Shown: positions 15,849 through 25,633, counted from the first letter of the stretch. The stretch is 32,000 nt of DNA from Candidatus Nitrosotenuis sp. (GCA_035575435.1 DATLXX010000001.1:1-32000), one strand, 5' to 3'. The notes: generated by a model not told the origin, from the letters alone. Numbers and translations: made by a program.

Positions 15849-16286
15849 TCACACCACCATTGACGCCAGGTTGGCTACCCTTGGCCATTTTTCTGAGGCT
15901 TCTGCTGCAACTGGTCCCTTGATGTCCGTTCCCTTTATTTCGCCTTCAGGCGTTACGAGAACTGCTGCATTGTCCTCAAAAGACACGCGAACTCCGTTTA
16001 GTCTACGAATCGGATATTTTTGTCTGATTATCACTGCGCCAAAAATCTGTTTTCTTAGCTCTGCAGGCCCCTTCTTTACCACTACATTAACAAAGTCCCC
16101 TACCGCAGCTGCCGGGTACCGCGAGGTTCTTGTTTTTGTGTGCTTTACCATTATTATCTCAAGGATTTTTGCACCCGTGTTGTCGGCACAGTTGATTCTT
16201 GCTCCAACCGGCAGAGCCCTTGTCACATACGGTCTGAACTCTTGCACTCCCTTTGCGGATACTGCACGACTCTTTCCTGCTGACAT
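15849..16286 (-). CDS. rpl14: 50S ribosomal protein L14 (uL14)
   Basis: 145 aa, ..ARINCADNTGAKILEIIMV... Confidence 0.95.
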   Translation of the reverse strand: MSAGKSRAVSAKGVQEFRPYVTRALPVGARINCADNTGAKILEIIMVKHTKTRTSRYPAAAVGDFVNVVVKKGPAELRKQIFGAVIIRQKYPIRRLNGVRVSFEDNAAVLVTPEGEIKGTDIKGPVAAEASEKWPRVANLASMVV

Positions 16287-16592
16287 TTATGATTTGACCT
16301 CCACTACCACGAACGAAACGGATTTGGCAATAGGCCTGCATTCGGCCGCCACCACGACAGTGCCTTCCTTGATCTCAAGTTTTGACGATTTGTATGCGTG
16401 AATCGTGCTCTTGCTTCTTGCATATCTTTTTGTCTTTGTGATGTATAGTGGGCTTTCGCGCTGAATCACGACAGTGTTCTTGTTTTTTGCGCTGACCACT
16501 TTGCCCTCAAATAGTTTGCCCCTGACGCTGAGCGGCTTTCCGTTGTCCATTACGATCCCTTTGTAAATCTGTTTTTGTTCGGTTTCTTTCAT
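16287..16592 (-). CDS. rps17: 30S ribosomal protein S17 (uS17)
   Basis: Start at the internal ATG (MKETEQKQIYKGIV..), which forms an ATGA overlap with the Rpp29 stop. The track start at 16679 would overlap Rpp29 by 90 nt. Confidence 0.9.
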   Translation of the reverse strand: MKETEQKQIYKGIVMDNGKPLSVRGKLFEGKVVSAKNKNTVVIQRESPLYITKTKRYARSKSTIHAYKSSKLEIKEGTVVVAAECRPIAKSVSFVVVEVKS

Positions 16593-16849
16593 GCTTTCAC
16601 CCTCAGTCTGTCTTCTGGCCTTTTTGCGATAGTGTTGCCATCGATCAAGAGATCTTGGCCGCTTAGTGTAAATTTCCATATGTTGTGTTGTTTTGGAATC
16701 ATCTTGAGGCCGCGTGCTGTCTGAAGAGTGAGCATGTACTTGGTCTCGTCAATTATTTTTCCTTCCAAACCAACAAGCGATTTGTTTGTTGATTCGGCTA
16801 CTTGTGCCTGTAATCCTATCAATTCATTATTCACCAGATACCCCGTCAT
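16589..16849 (-). CDS. rnp1: RNase P protein component 1 (Rpp29/Pop4 homolog)
   Basis: 86 aa, LIGLQAQVAESTNKSLVGLEGKIIDETKYMLTL... In the canonical archaeal position between L29 and S17. Confidence 0.85.
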   Translation of the reverse strand: MTGYLVNNELIGLQAQVAESTNKSLVGLEGKIIDETKYMLTLQTARGLKMIPKQHNIWKFTLSGQDLLIDGNTIAKRPEDRLRVKA

Positions 16850-17049
16850 TTTTGCTTCAACTCATTTAGTCTTGTGAGCATGCGTGCGATTTCTTTGCGC
16901 ATTGCTCGGATCTTTCCACTTTCTTTGCGCAGTGTTCCTTTTCCTGCATCAGTTCTCAGCTTTGCGAGCTCGACTCTTGCTTGTTCGAGCCTCTGTTTAA
17001 GATCAAGTTCGTTTAACTCACGTATGGATTTCATTTTCAGTTGGGCCAT
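16846..17049 (-). CDS. rpl29: 50S ribosomal protein L29 (uL29)
   Basis: 67 aa, MKSIRELNELDLKQRLEQARVELAKLR. Confidence 0.93.
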   Translation of the reverse strand: MAQLKMKSIRELNELDLKQRLEQARVELAKLRTDAGKGTLRKESGKIRAMRKEIARMLTRLNELKQK

Positions 17050-17050
17050 C

Positions 17051-17800
17051 TTACTTCAATTTTTCCTCCACTTCTTCCATAAGGTCCATGTTTTCGATTT
17101 TCTGCGCAATTAGCTTGACTTCCTCGCTTTCAGTTCGTGCTCTGCGTTCCTCTTCTTCCTTCTCAAGTCTGAGTCTTTCTCTTTCTTCACGTTCTGCTTT
17201 TTCCTCTTTTACTCCTTTTAGCTCAAATTCTGGCACATGTTTTTCTTTTCTTGCGATTCTGACTCTCACTCCTATGTAACCCATTGGGGTCGGTACGTGT
17301 GCGATGTCTTCTTCCACCACCATCCTTGCATGGTGACCTGCGCGGGGAAGAATTCCTGCAGAGTGTTTTTCAAAAGAGGAGCGATCACCTCTGAGTTTGC
17401 CAGACACTGTAATTTGCACACCCATTGCACCTGCATTCATTATTTGTTGTAATGTCCACATAGTAGCCCTTCTAAATGCAGTGCCTCGTTCAATAAGTGA
17501 GGCAAGTCTATTGCACATCACGCTTGCAGTAAGCTCAGGCTGTGTTATTTCGTTGACTGCGATTTGTGGGTTTTTCAGTCCAAAATCTTTTTCGAGTTTT
17601 TCGGTAAGATCTCTGATCCCTGTTCCCTTTCTTCCTATAACTATTCCAGGCCTTGTCACGTGAAGGACTACCCTGGTTCCAGTCGGTGTTTTTGAGATTT
17701 CTGCGTGTGAGAATCCCGCCTCTTTAATTGCGGCTCGCAGGTAATCTTTGAGTAGCATCATGTTGTAGTTATCTTTGATCACGTTTTTGATTGACGACAA
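17051..17800 (-). CDS. rps3: 30S ribosomal protein S3 (uS3) with a charged C-terminal tail
   Basis: KH-domain core ([22 protein letters not shown]) and an ~55-aa Glu/Arg/Lys-rich C-terminus. Confidence 0.95.
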   Translation of the reverse strand: MSSIKNVIKDNYNMMLLKDYLRAAIKEAGFSHAEISKTPTGTRVVLHVTRPGIVIGRKGTGIRDLTEKLEKDFGLKNPQIAVNEITQPELTASVMCNRLASLIERGTAFRRATMWTLQQIMNAGAMGVQITVSGKLRGDRSSFEKHSAGILPRAGHHARMVVEEDIAHVPTPMGYIGVRVRIARKEKHVPEFELKGVKEEKAEREERERLRLEKEEEERRARTESEEVKLIAQKIENMDLMEEVEEKLK

Positions 17801-17802
17801 TT

Positions 17803-18270
17803 CTATGCCTCCTGAGCCACCAGCTCAATATGTGTCAGTGTGTTGTTTTTTGGCGTTGCTCTCCCCATGGCGCGCGGGGTGAATCTTTTGATGATCACAC
17901 CTCTGTGGGACACCGCTGAGATTATTTTGAGTCTGTCAAGATCCATGCCTTTGTATTCGGCATTTGCTTCCAAGTTATCCAAGAGTTTGATGAATTCTTT
18001 TGCAGCCTTTTGCGGATATCTGCCTGACATCACCCCAGTATCGGATCTGTGGCCAACTTCGTTTTTGTATCTCCTAAAGGGGACTGCGCGTTTTAGTGAG
18101 ACTACTTCTTGCAGATAGTCGCGTGCTTTTTCAATTGAAAGCCCTTTGATCATTTTAGCTATCTCGCGCGCATGTTTTGGCGAGATGTCTTTCTCTCTGA
18201 CTGCAGCACGTACGTGTTTTGTCGAATCAAAATTTGCAAAAGCGTAACCAAAATCGGGCATAATATTCAC
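17803..18270 (-). CDS. rpl22: 50S ribosomal protein L22 (uL22)
   Basis: 155 aa, [25 protein letters not shown]. Confidence 0.95.
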   Translation of the reverse strand: MNIMPDFGYAFANFDSTKHVRAAVREKDISPKHAREIAKMIKGLSIEKARDYLQEVVSLKRAVPFRRYKNEVGHRSDTGVMSGRYPQKAAKEFIKLLDNLEANAEYKGMDLDRLKIISAVSHRGVIIKRFTPRAMGRATPKNNTLTHIELVAQEA

Positions 18271-18662
18271 TTCAATGGCACATACAGACTTGATCTAGAT
18301 GCGCCGACTCCCGGAGCACCGTGAACAACTCTCTTGTTTGTTCTGACGTATTCGCCGATGTAATGTCCAATCATTTGTGGCGTGATTGTGACCGGCACGA
18401 ATTCCTTTCCAGAAAATACGTTAATTGTGACGCCAACCATGTATGGAAGAACAATCAAGTCGCGAATGTGTGTCTTGATTGGATTTTTTGATTTGCCGGC
18501 TTTTTCAAGCTTAATTTCCTCTATGAGTTTCCTTTTGCCGTCCGTGATGCCGCGGGTCAACGATCTCCTCGCTCTTGCCGGGAAGATTTCGAAAAGTTTC
18601 TCTAGTGACATACTCTGTAGTTGTTCCAACGGAATTCCACGATAATCAAATTCCTTAACCAT
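18267..18662 (-). CDS. rps19: 30S ribosomal protein S19 (uS19)
   Basis: 131 aa, HIRDLIVLPYMVGVTINVFSGKEFVPV. Confidence 0.95.
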   Translation of the reverse strand: MVKEFDYRGIPLEQLQSMSLEKLFEIFPARARRSLTRGITDGKRKLIEEIKLEKAGKSKNPIKTHIRDLIVLPYMVGVTINVFSGKEFVPVTITPQMIGHYIGEYVRTNKRVVHGAPGVGASRSSLYVPLK

Positions 18663-18700
18663 TCTTTGACACCTGTAGAGTTGAAGTTTGAGGCTCCATA

Positions 18701-18967
18701 TTATAGCATTCCTATCTTTGTGGCTAGGTCTCTGGCTTTTTCGACGGATTCGAATTTAACAAATGCCTTTTTGCCAGAAATCGTTTTTGCCGTGTTTATA
18801 TCGGTAACATTTTCCTCGTAGAGTGTTTGTATTGCTTCCTTGATTTGCGACTTGTTTGCCCTAGGATCCACAATAAAACAGATCCTGCTGTCTTTTTCGA
18901 TTAGCGCAAAGGTCTTTTCTGTTATGTATGGCCTCAAAATTATTTTTGTTGCCTGAGTTGTGTTCAA
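18701..18967 (-). CDS. rpl23: 50S ribosomal protein L23 (uL23)
   Basis: 88 aa, ILRPYITEKTFALIEKDSRICFIVD. Confidence 0.93.
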   Translation of the reverse strand: MNTTQATKIILRPYITEKTFALIEKDSRICFIVDPRANKSQIKEAIQTLYEENVTDINTAKTISGKKAFVKFESVEKARDLATKIGML

Positions 18968-19773
18968 TGTAATACCTCCATTAGCTTCAAGTGTGGTGAT
19001 TTGATGTTTGCAAGCTCATTTAATGCAGCCTTTGTGTAAACTGTTAACCTAATTGGTTGAGAACCCGGAGCAAGATCAAGAACCGACAGGTCGCTTGCAG
19101 CCTTTACGTCCACTCCCAAAAATGAGCCGCACGCTTTTGCAAGTGATTTTGGATCTTTGGTGACAAACAGGATGCTTTTTCCAGTCTTTGTTTTTCTTCC
19201 CCTGATGACGGATCTGCCAGAACGGGCTTTGCGGGACTTGAGACGTTCAATGTCTGCAGCGAGATTCAGTGCGTCTAGCACTTTTGAGATCTCTTTTGCT
19301 TTTGAGATCTTTTCGAGGTCGTCTGAGACCACAATAGGGAATGATTCTATTTTATTGACAGAATGGCCTCGTGACGCAACCAACTCTTTTGATGCAGTAG
19401 CTGCGATGGCAGAACAAAGTGCAAGTCGCCTCTCTTTTTTGTTTAGTTTTTTGTAGATGACTTTTTCTGAAACTGGTGGGTGTGCTTGTCTGCCGCCTCG
19501 TACCATTGCCACACCTGCTGCCTGGCCACGTCTTGGTCCTCCTCCCCGGATTCTGGCGACTCTTGCTTGACCATGACCTGTTGGTGGGTCGTTGGACATT
19601 GCCACTACATCCATGCCTGCAGTGGGATGTCTGCCTTGTCTTTGATATCGGTGAGAGTCCAAGTTCACATAAGCGCGATGAATCAGATCCTCACGGAACG
19701 GAGTTTGGAACACTTTGGGAAGTTCTATTTCTTCTTGTTTTGTTCCAGTCAACGAGAGTATTGGTGTTTTCAT
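18964..19773 (-). CDS. rpl4: 50S ribosomal protein L4 (uL4)
   Basis: 269 aa, ..HRYQRQGRHPTAGMDVVA..GHGQARVARIRGGG... Confidence 0.95.
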   Translation of the reverse strand: MKTPILSLTGTKQEEIELPKVFQTPFREDLIHRAYVNLDSHRYQRQGRHPTAGMDVVAMSNDPPTGHGQARVARIRGGGPRRGQAAGVAMVRGGRQAHPPVSEKVIYKKLNKKERRLALCSAIAATASKELVASRGHSVNKIESFPIVVSDDLEKISKAKEISKVLDALNLAADIERLKSRKARSGRSVIRGRKTKTGKSILFVTKDPKSLAKACGSFLGVDVKAASDLSVLDLAPGSQPIRLTVYTKAALNELANIKSPHLKLMEVLH

Positions 19774-20762
19774 ACCACGATCTCCAGAATGTTTGGTTTG
19801 AGGATCTTCGATGGAATGTTTCTGATTTGCGTTCTGAATTTAACGAGTCGCCTGTAAGTGCCTGGAACTGATCCTTTCAAGACCACATAGTCCCCATTTA
19901 CAAAACCGTAGTGCTTGTATCCTCCAGCTGGATTTATCTTGTATTCATTTTTCTCAGTGTTGCTCATAATCATGATTCGTTTATTGTACTCGACTCTTTG
20001 ATGGAATCCACGCTGTCCTGCGCGAGGAACTGTGTACATGATGCTAGAAGGTGAAATCGGACCCAACGTGCCAAGCGCCCTTACACTCTTTCTTGATTTG
20101 TGCTGCTTTTTCTTGACACCCCATCTCGTGATTGGGCCTTCCCATCCTTTGCCTTTTGTGATTGATGCTACATCAACATTTGCGCCAAGCTCAAAGACGT
20201 CTTCGACCTTGACTTGTTTGCCAAAGAGACCTTTTAGAAATTCAAATTGTTTTTTGATATCGCCGCCCTGCACTGCAACCTCAAAGACATATGGCTTTTT
20301 TTGTGCAAGCCCTGCATTTCTTGGGGAAACTGCGACTACGGCGTAAAGCTCATCTACTGCGTTGAGAAGTTTTTCTGCCCTCTCCAGGCTCCCCTCTTTT
20401 GGTTTTATTGTCACGAGTCGGGAGACTTCTTTTGGCATGTCTGGGCTGTAGACATCAAAGTATGCGTGTGAACCATAGATATCGTTACGATATCCCCTAA
20501 TTCCAATTATTGAGATTGGAGGAGTTGCGACTACCGTTCCAAGACTGACAAGCTGTTTTCCATGGTTTGGTGTTTTTTCTCTGTCATCGATACTTACAAT
20601 TTGAATGCAGCCTACTTTGAATCCCGCATAGCCAGACAGCTTGGGCTGCTCAGATGTGATCGATGGCCAAGTCCTAATTCTTGCTTCCATGTTTTTGGCA
20701 CGTCCTCTAGGAAGGTATGCAAGACTACCACGTCGAGGTTGGCTGTGTTTTCTATGGCCCAT
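19770..20762 (-). CDS. rpl3: 50S ribosomal protein L3 (uL3)
   Basis: 330 aa, MGHRKHSQPRRGSLAYLPRGRA... Confidence 0.95.
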   Translation of the reverse strand: MGHRKHSQPRRGSLAYLPRGRAKNMEARIRTWPSITSEQPKLSGYAGFKVGCIQIVSIDDREKTPNHGKQLVSLGTVVATPPISIIGIRGYRNDIYGSHAYFDVYSPDMPKEVSRLVTIKPKEGSLERAEKLLNAVDELYAVVAVSPRNAGLAQKKPYVFEVAVQGGDIKKQFEFLKGLFGKQVKVEDVFELGANVDVASITKGKGWEGPITRWGVKKKQHKSRKSVRALGTLGPISPSSIMYTVPRAGQRGFHQRVEYNKRIMIMSNTEKNEYKINPAGGYKHYGFVNGDYVVLKGSVPGTYRRLVKFRTQIRNIPSKILKPNILEIVV

Positions 20763-20814
20763 GGATAATCGAAAACATTTGTTAACCCCATTATATACCT
20801 AGGGATAACGAAAG

Positions 20815-20925
20815 TTACGGAGTTATGGCCCTTGTCAGAGAAAGAAAGAGCGTAATGCCGCCAATTATCACTCCGATGACTCCGACGATTATTGCAAGTG
20901 TAAGAAATTTTTTTTGCGACATCAT
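20815..20925 (-). CDS. Possible 36-aa single-pass membrane micro-protein upstream of rpl3
   Basis: Manual translation: MMSQKKFLTLAIIVGVIGVIIGGITLFLSLTRAITP*. Lies between the SPOUT gene and rpl3. Too short for the ORF track. Confidence 0.3.
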   Translation of the reverse strand: MMSQKKFLTLAIIVGVIGVIIGGITLFLSLTRAITP

Positions 20926-20944
20926 GACTTTGTGGCAAGATGGT

Positions 20945-21757
20945 TTAATTTGAGTTTACAAAGTTGAGAATCGCAAGTATGCCGAGCATTGCCTCCTCGA
21001 GGCGCACAGTTTCTGTTGCCTGATCTGGGAAAAAGTTCAAGGATTTTGCACCCTTGATGTTTATTTTTGTACCCAATATCTCGTAAAGGCCGCGATCTGG
21101 CGCCCCAAATACGACCAGCAATGGCTTGTCGGTGTGTGTGTAATGATTTAGTTGCTCCAGCGTCGCCGGTTTCCCTTTTCTTGATGTCATTATGATGGAG
21201 CCGTTCCACTCTTCGAGCAGCTTTATGAGATTCGATCTTTCTTTGACTTTGTAGCCCCAATATTGCTTTATTTGGTCTTCTGATATTTCTTTGAGTGTGA
21301 TATTTGGTGTCACGGTTTTGATTTGAACTGTGATGCGTTTTTTGTCACGTTCTTTTCCAAAATACGGAACAAGTTGACGTATTCCGATATCTACGAATTT
21401 TTTTCCTTTGTAGTAGACGATTGCGCCTTCCCTGATGTCGCCTTCCTTGAGCTCTTTAGGATTTGACGATAGCGAGTGGTGCGGAATTTGTAGTGGGTGC
21501 AGTATTCCCGCATACTTGAGTTCGTCTATTTTTGGAAACAGCTCCCTGCGCAGGTATTGTGGTGTTTCCAAGTACCGCAGAATTGTAGACAGAAGAAATC
21601 TATCAGAGCTAGAGCCCCCGCTTTCTTCGTAAATGTAAATGGTGCGAATGCCAAATATCGCGCAGGTTCTTGCAATAAGAGAGACTTTGCGTGACTTGTC
21701 CAGTTTGGTTGCCTCATCCTTAAGACAAGAATCGGGTATTGCGACCGAGATATTCAA
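20945..21757 (-). CDS. SPOUT-superfamily putative RNA methyltransferase (DUF171/COG2106 type)
   Basis: ISVAIPDSCLKDEATKLDKSRKVSLIARTCAIFGIRTIYIY matches the N-terminal signature of this family as I recall it. The family commonly sits just upstream of rpl3 in archaea. Confidence 0.8.
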   Translation of the reverse strand: MNISVAIPDSCLKDEATKLDKSRKVSLIARTCAIFGIRTIYIYEESGGSSSDRFLLSTILRYLETPQYLRRELFPKIDELKYAGILHPLQIPHHSLSSNPKELKEGDIREGAIVYYKGKKFVDIGIRQLVPYFGKERDKKRITVQIKTVTPNITLKEISEDQIKQYWGYKVKERSNLIKLLEEWNGSIIMTSRKGKPATLEQLNHYTHTDKPLLVVFGAPDRGLYEILGTKINIKGAKSLNFFPDQATETVRLEEAMLGILAILNFVNSN

Positions 21758-21767
21758 TATTGAAAAC

Positions 21768-22502
21768 TTAGCTGCTTGGGATCGGGAATTTTTGTTTGCC
21801 TATTTTTGCATAGTGGGCGATTTGATCTTGATTTACTTTTTCGAATTGTTTTGTTGATGTTTTGATGTGTGACATCTTGATGTGATCTGTGCCTTCTTTT
21901 TGCTCACTTGCTAAGTAGATGCACGCTGTTGCAAGAGCCGACGCATCTTCGAGTGACATGTCATGTTTGTAGTTTTTTTCTAAAAAGTCATTTGCTTGGT
22001 CAGAGCCGGCGCCAATTGCCACTGCATCATATGCGATGTATGTGCCGCTCGGGTCTGTTAGAAACAACGAGTTCTGCGAGTCGACGCCGCCGATAATTAA
22101 TGCGACGCCAAATGGCCTTGCACCGCCGAACTGCGTGTATTGCTGACACTGGTCCGCAAGATGTTTTGCAACCGCCTCTACGTCGACTGGCTCATCATAA
22201 ACGATTCTGTTGCTTTGTGCAAAGAATCGTGCAGCGTCTGCTTGGCTTCGCGCATCTGGAATGTATCCTGCTGCTGCGAATCCAATGTGTTCATCAATTT
22301 GAAAGATCTTGTGTGCTGATTCTGAGATTTGTAATTTGCGTGGTTTTTCTTCTACTGCAATAACTACGCCGTCTTTGCTTTTGATTCCCACAGCTATGGC
22401 ACCACGTCGTACTGTTTCAATTGCATACTCTACCTGATACAGCCTACCATCCGGCGAAAATATAGTGATGGCTCTGTCATAACCTTGTTGAGAAGGAAGC
22501 AA
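21768..22502 (-). CDS. psmA: Proteasome subunit alpha
   Basis: GYDRAITIFSPDGRLYQVEYAIETVRRG, 244 aa. Confidence 0.95.
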   Translation of the reverse strand: MLPSQQGYDRAITIFSPDGRLYQVEYAIETVRRGAIAVGIKSKDGVVIAVEEKPRKLQISESAHKIFQIDEHIGFAAAGYIPDARSQADAARFFAQSNRIVYDEPVDVEAVAKHLADQCQQYTQFGGARPFGVALIIGGVDSQNSLFLTDPSGTYIAYDAVAIGAGSDQANDFLEKNYKHDMSLEDASALATACIYLASEQKEGTDHIKMSHIKTSTKQFEKVNQDQIAHYAKIGKQKFPIPSS

Positions 22503-22554
22503 TTCTGTTTTTGATGTTTTGAAAGTTTAATTTAAGTCTAGTTGTGCGACGATC

Positions 22555-22971
22555 GTGCGGTTTGAGATTCAGTTTTACGGCCACGAAAATGTGAGGGCGC
22601 ACCATCCAAGGACGATCGAGATCACGACTGAACCAGATCTTACTTTGCAGGGCGACTGCATAATAGGCGTGAGTGCAGAATGCGGCTGCAGTGGAATACC
22701 AGAGAAAATGAAAAAGATGCTGAGGCGATCTGATTCAAATGTCAAGATCACGATTCAGGTAAACGGCGAATCATTTGAGGTCGTAGGAAAAGGTCACGAT
22801 GACCTCATACTTGAGAATCCCCACGACATTGTCATTAGAAAAAGTAATTTTTTGTGTCCCCGGACTTTGGCAATAGGTTGTGACAAGGCGTGCTGTGACA
22901 TGCCAAGACAGATTGTGAAAATGCTGCAAGAGCCAAAAACAAAAGGATTGTTTGTAATCGAGGTCACTTGA
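22555..22971 (+). CDS. DUF371-domain protein
   Basis: GHENVRAHHPRTIEITTEPDLTLQGDCIIGV resembles the DUF371 signature as I recall it. GTG start. Confidence 0.7.
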   Translation: MRFEIQFYGHENVRAHHPRTIEITTEPDLTLQGDCIIGVSAECGCSGIPEKMKKMLRRSDSNVKITIQVNGESFEVVGKGHDDLILENPHDIVIRKSNFLCPRTLAIGCDKACCDMPRQIVKMLQEPKTKGLFVIEVT

Positions 22972-23482
22972 GCTTTTTGTGAGCTGCAAAGTCTTTGTTT
23001 TCAAGGACGTTTGCAACGGCTCTGTTGACTATTTCTGTCAAGACGAATTCGTTGTATGCGGTTTCTGTCTTTTTTTGGAGTGCCGGTTTTTTTGCGATAC
23101 CTTCAAGAATTTTCTCGATTTTTGCAGATGTCGATTTTATCATTGAAGAGTATTTTGAGTCAAAGTCTTTTGGTGAGTGATTCGCAATTAGTCGTATGGA
23201 GGTTCCATAGAATTTTGCTACCGCACCCCGCACCTCCTCGATTTTGACAATCTCGATTAGTCCAGCTTCTTTTAGTATGTCTAGGTGGTGTCGAATTGTC
23301 GTGAGGGCTTTGTTGTATCCGTTTTTCTGAAGCTCCTTTGCAATTTGTTCGGTGGTTAGCTGTTTGTGATACAGCACCTCCACTATTTTCGCCCTTGCTG
23401 GATCTTCTAGAGCGCGAGCTTGCTCAACGGAAATCGTCATGACTCGGTTGATCTTGATTTGTTTTTCGAGCAATGTTGACAT
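22964..23482 (-). CDS. ArsR-family winged-helix transcriptional regulator with a C-terminal extension
   Basis: LEDPARAKIVEVLYHKQLTTEQIAKEL...TIRHHLDILKEAGLIEIV. Confidence 0.75.
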   Translation of the reverse strand: MSTLLEKQIKINRVMTISVEQARALEDPARAKIVEVLYHKQLTTEQIAKELQKNGYNKALTTIRHHLDILKEAGLIEIVKIEEVRGAVAKFYGTSIRLIANHSPKDFDSKYSSMIKSTSAKIEKILEGIAKKPALQKKTETAYNEFVLTEIVNRAVANVLENKDFAAHKKLK

Positions 23483-23787
23483 GATATTTGCAGATTCTGA
23501 ATTCAGCTAAAAGATCGTCGCATCATCTTTTTTTGTCTATTCGCATTAATTTTTTTACGTTCCAATAAATTTTGGAACGACTCCAAATTCAGCTCAACCT
23601 CTACTAAAATATTAGTTGCAATAGAACAAATATTGTACCATGATTGAATATTTAGTACCAGTACAATTAATGTTGAAAATTTTAAAAAAATGGCGGATCC
23701 GGTGGCCACGGTTCCCAAACAGGTGCAAAACCGCCAAAAAGTGAGATTTGAAAAAATAGAATTCGAGTCGAAATTGGAGAATTGTGC

Positions 23788-24612
23788 TCAGAGAGCCTTG
23801 CCGGTGATCTTTACGTACGATGCGATGTAGCGTTGCGACATTTTGTCGATGATGTCTTGCGGTATTGGCGGCGCAATTGGTTCCTTTCCTTGCTTGCGCG
23901 CTTCATCAAATTGTTTTTGATATCCATTGGCAGTCAGCCAGTCTCTTAGTATCTGCTTGTCGTACGCTTCTTGTATCTTACCTACTTCGTATGATTCCTT
24001 TGGCCACATTCTATACTCGTCTGGACCTATCGAGTCTCCAAGCAGGATTTTGCCGTCAAGTTTGCCAAACTCCAGTTTTAGGTCGGCCAAGATGAATCCT
24101 GCCGCATCTGCCGTTTTAGACATCAGATTGTAGATAGCAATTGATTTTGATTTGAGCCATTCAAACTCATCTTCTGTTACGAGTCCCCGCTTGATTGCTA
24201 GTTCCTTGTTGATTGGTTCATCGTGTTCTGCCTTGGTCGTAGGATCAAAAATTGGAGTCGGCAGCTTTGCCGCAATTTCAGTTTTTGTTCCTGGTGGGAT
24301 TGTGACTTGGCCTTCCTTCCACCTTGTGATCAGACTCCCATAAAAGTAACCTCGTACTACACATTCTATTGGAACCATCTGCATTTTCTTTACCACTATT
24401 TCGCTTTTTGAGATAGATTTCACAAAATGGTTTGGCACTGGGATGGTGTTAAACCAGAATTCTGCAAACTTGCAGAGCACCTCGCCTTTGCGTGGGATTG
24501 GATCGCGAAATTTGACATCGTATGCAGACACCCTGTCGCTGAATTTGAAGAGGAGTGTTCCATCTTCGAGATCGTACACATCCTTTACCTTGCCTGAGCC
24601 AAGAAACTTCAA
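23788..24612 (-). CDS. purC: Phosphoribosylaminoimidazole-succinocarboxamide (SAICAR) synthase
   Basis: (M)KFLGSGKVKDVYDLEDG..FSDRVSAYDV. TTG start, with a TATA-like ttataattaaag box (read on the minus strand) about 28 nt upstream. Confidence 0.92.
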   Translation of the reverse strand: MKFLGSGKVKDVYDLEDGTLLFKFSDRVSAYDVKFRDPIPRKGEVLCKFAEFWFNTIPVPNHFVKSISKSEIVVKKMQMVPIECVVRGYFYGSLITRWKEGQVTIPPGTKTEIAAKLPTPIFDPTTKAEHDEPINKELAIKRGLVTEDEFEWLKSKSIAIYNLMSKTADAAGFILADLKLEFGKLDGKILLGDSIGPDEYRMWPKESYEVGKIQEAYDKQILRDWLTANGYQKQFDEARKQGKEPIAPPIPQDIIDKMSQRYIASYVKITGKAL

Positions 24613-24717
24613 TCGCAGATTTTGGTGATACTGCTTTAATTATAACAATTTTGATATCCGCTTGATTGTGGTTCTGGAGCTCAAATATGAAAATCAGGTA
24701 TTTTTGATGTCTAAAGA

Positions 24718-24761
24718 TGCTTTATCGCACAATTCTACAAAATCCTGACACATAGATCTAA
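24718..24761 (+). repeat. Left terminal inverted repeat
   Basis: tgctttatcgcacaattctacaaaatcctgacacatagatctaa. Confidence 0.8.
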
Positions 24762-24809
24762 TTGATTCCACCAGAATAGCTTTGGATCAGAACTCACCTG
24801 ACCAATTTC

Positions 24810-25633
24810 ATGTATAATTGGAATGAATACAATGAGAGATTAATCAGGAAAGGCGAGATTTTCATCTCAACTGATGTAATAAAATCCTGAAATAAAGAAC
24901 TTGCGGCCATGAACCACAAAAAGAAGGATCGCAAGTTCCTGTACCCGGACTCCTTTATGAAGATCCTATGGTACGTCTGGGTGTATTTTGGGCTTGGCTA
25001 CCGCCAGACAGAAGGATAATCAGGACATACCATGATGTGCCTGCAGTTCCAGATTATACTGTAATCCACAAGCGAATCAACAAGCTGAAGATCCAGCTGA
25101 ACATGCGCCCCTTGCCAAACATCCAGCTGGTAGTCGATTCGACGTGAATCAAGCTGGCCAATCGTGGAGAGTGGATCACACACAAATGGCAAAAGCACAG
25201 AAAGGGATTCCTCAAGATACATGTTGGCGTGGATGTGTTCACAAAACAAATCCTTGCAAGGGCAACAGACGAACACTCGCATGACTCAAAACACTTCAAA
25301 TATCTGGTCAGAGAATCTGCCAGATACAGTACCATAACAAAACTTCTGGGCGACGACGTATACTACTCCCGAGAGATATTTTCATGTGTTGAGTGGATGG
25401 ACGCAGTGCCTGCGATCCGGGTCAGAAAAAATTCAGTACCAAATGCGAAAGGATGTTACACAAGAAAACTGGCAGTCACATCGCAAAAGGCCGACTATCG
25501 TGCATGGAGTGCTAGCGTAAGCTATGGTTCCCGCTGGATTGTCGAGTCCGTCTTTTCTGGCATCAAAAGAATGTTCGGAGAGGATGTCCGTTCCAAGAAG
25601 AACATGGTTCAGGAACTGATGCTGAAAATCTAA
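24810..25633 (+). pseudogene. IS5-family DDE transposase, inactivated
   Basis: MYNWNEYNERLIRKGEIF.. is followed by an in-frame TGA at 24888-24890. A frame change occurs near 25014-25019, after ..GYRQTEG. A second TGA at 25145-25147 sits where the family has DSTGIK. The distal part is intact (..KIHVGVD..GDDVYYS..YGSRWIVESVFSGIKRMFGE). Confidence 0.8.

Noticed and set aside
20612-21260. Minus-strand ORFs 20612-20938 (108 aa) and 20922-21260 (112 aa).
   Set aside because: They are alternative-frame reads across the rpl3 5' end and the SPOUT methyltransferase gene. The real features here are those two genes and possibly the 36-codon micro-ORF.
23503-23718. 71-aa minus-strand ORF and a 46-codon plus-strand ORF (23690 onward) in the 305-nt gap between the ArsR-like gene and purC.
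   Set aside because: Neither has motifs or sensible promoter spacing. The plus-strand ORF would run antisense into purC. The gap does contain the hairpin cgttccaa-taaatt-ttggaacg (23558-23579), but on its own this is not enough for a call.
24888-25147. Both in-frame stops in the transposase are TGA, which could hint at recoding (Sec or Trp).
   Set aside because: TGA is used as a normal stop by nearby genes such as ccdA, Rpp29 and rps14. A frameshift is also present, so simple decay is the better explanation.
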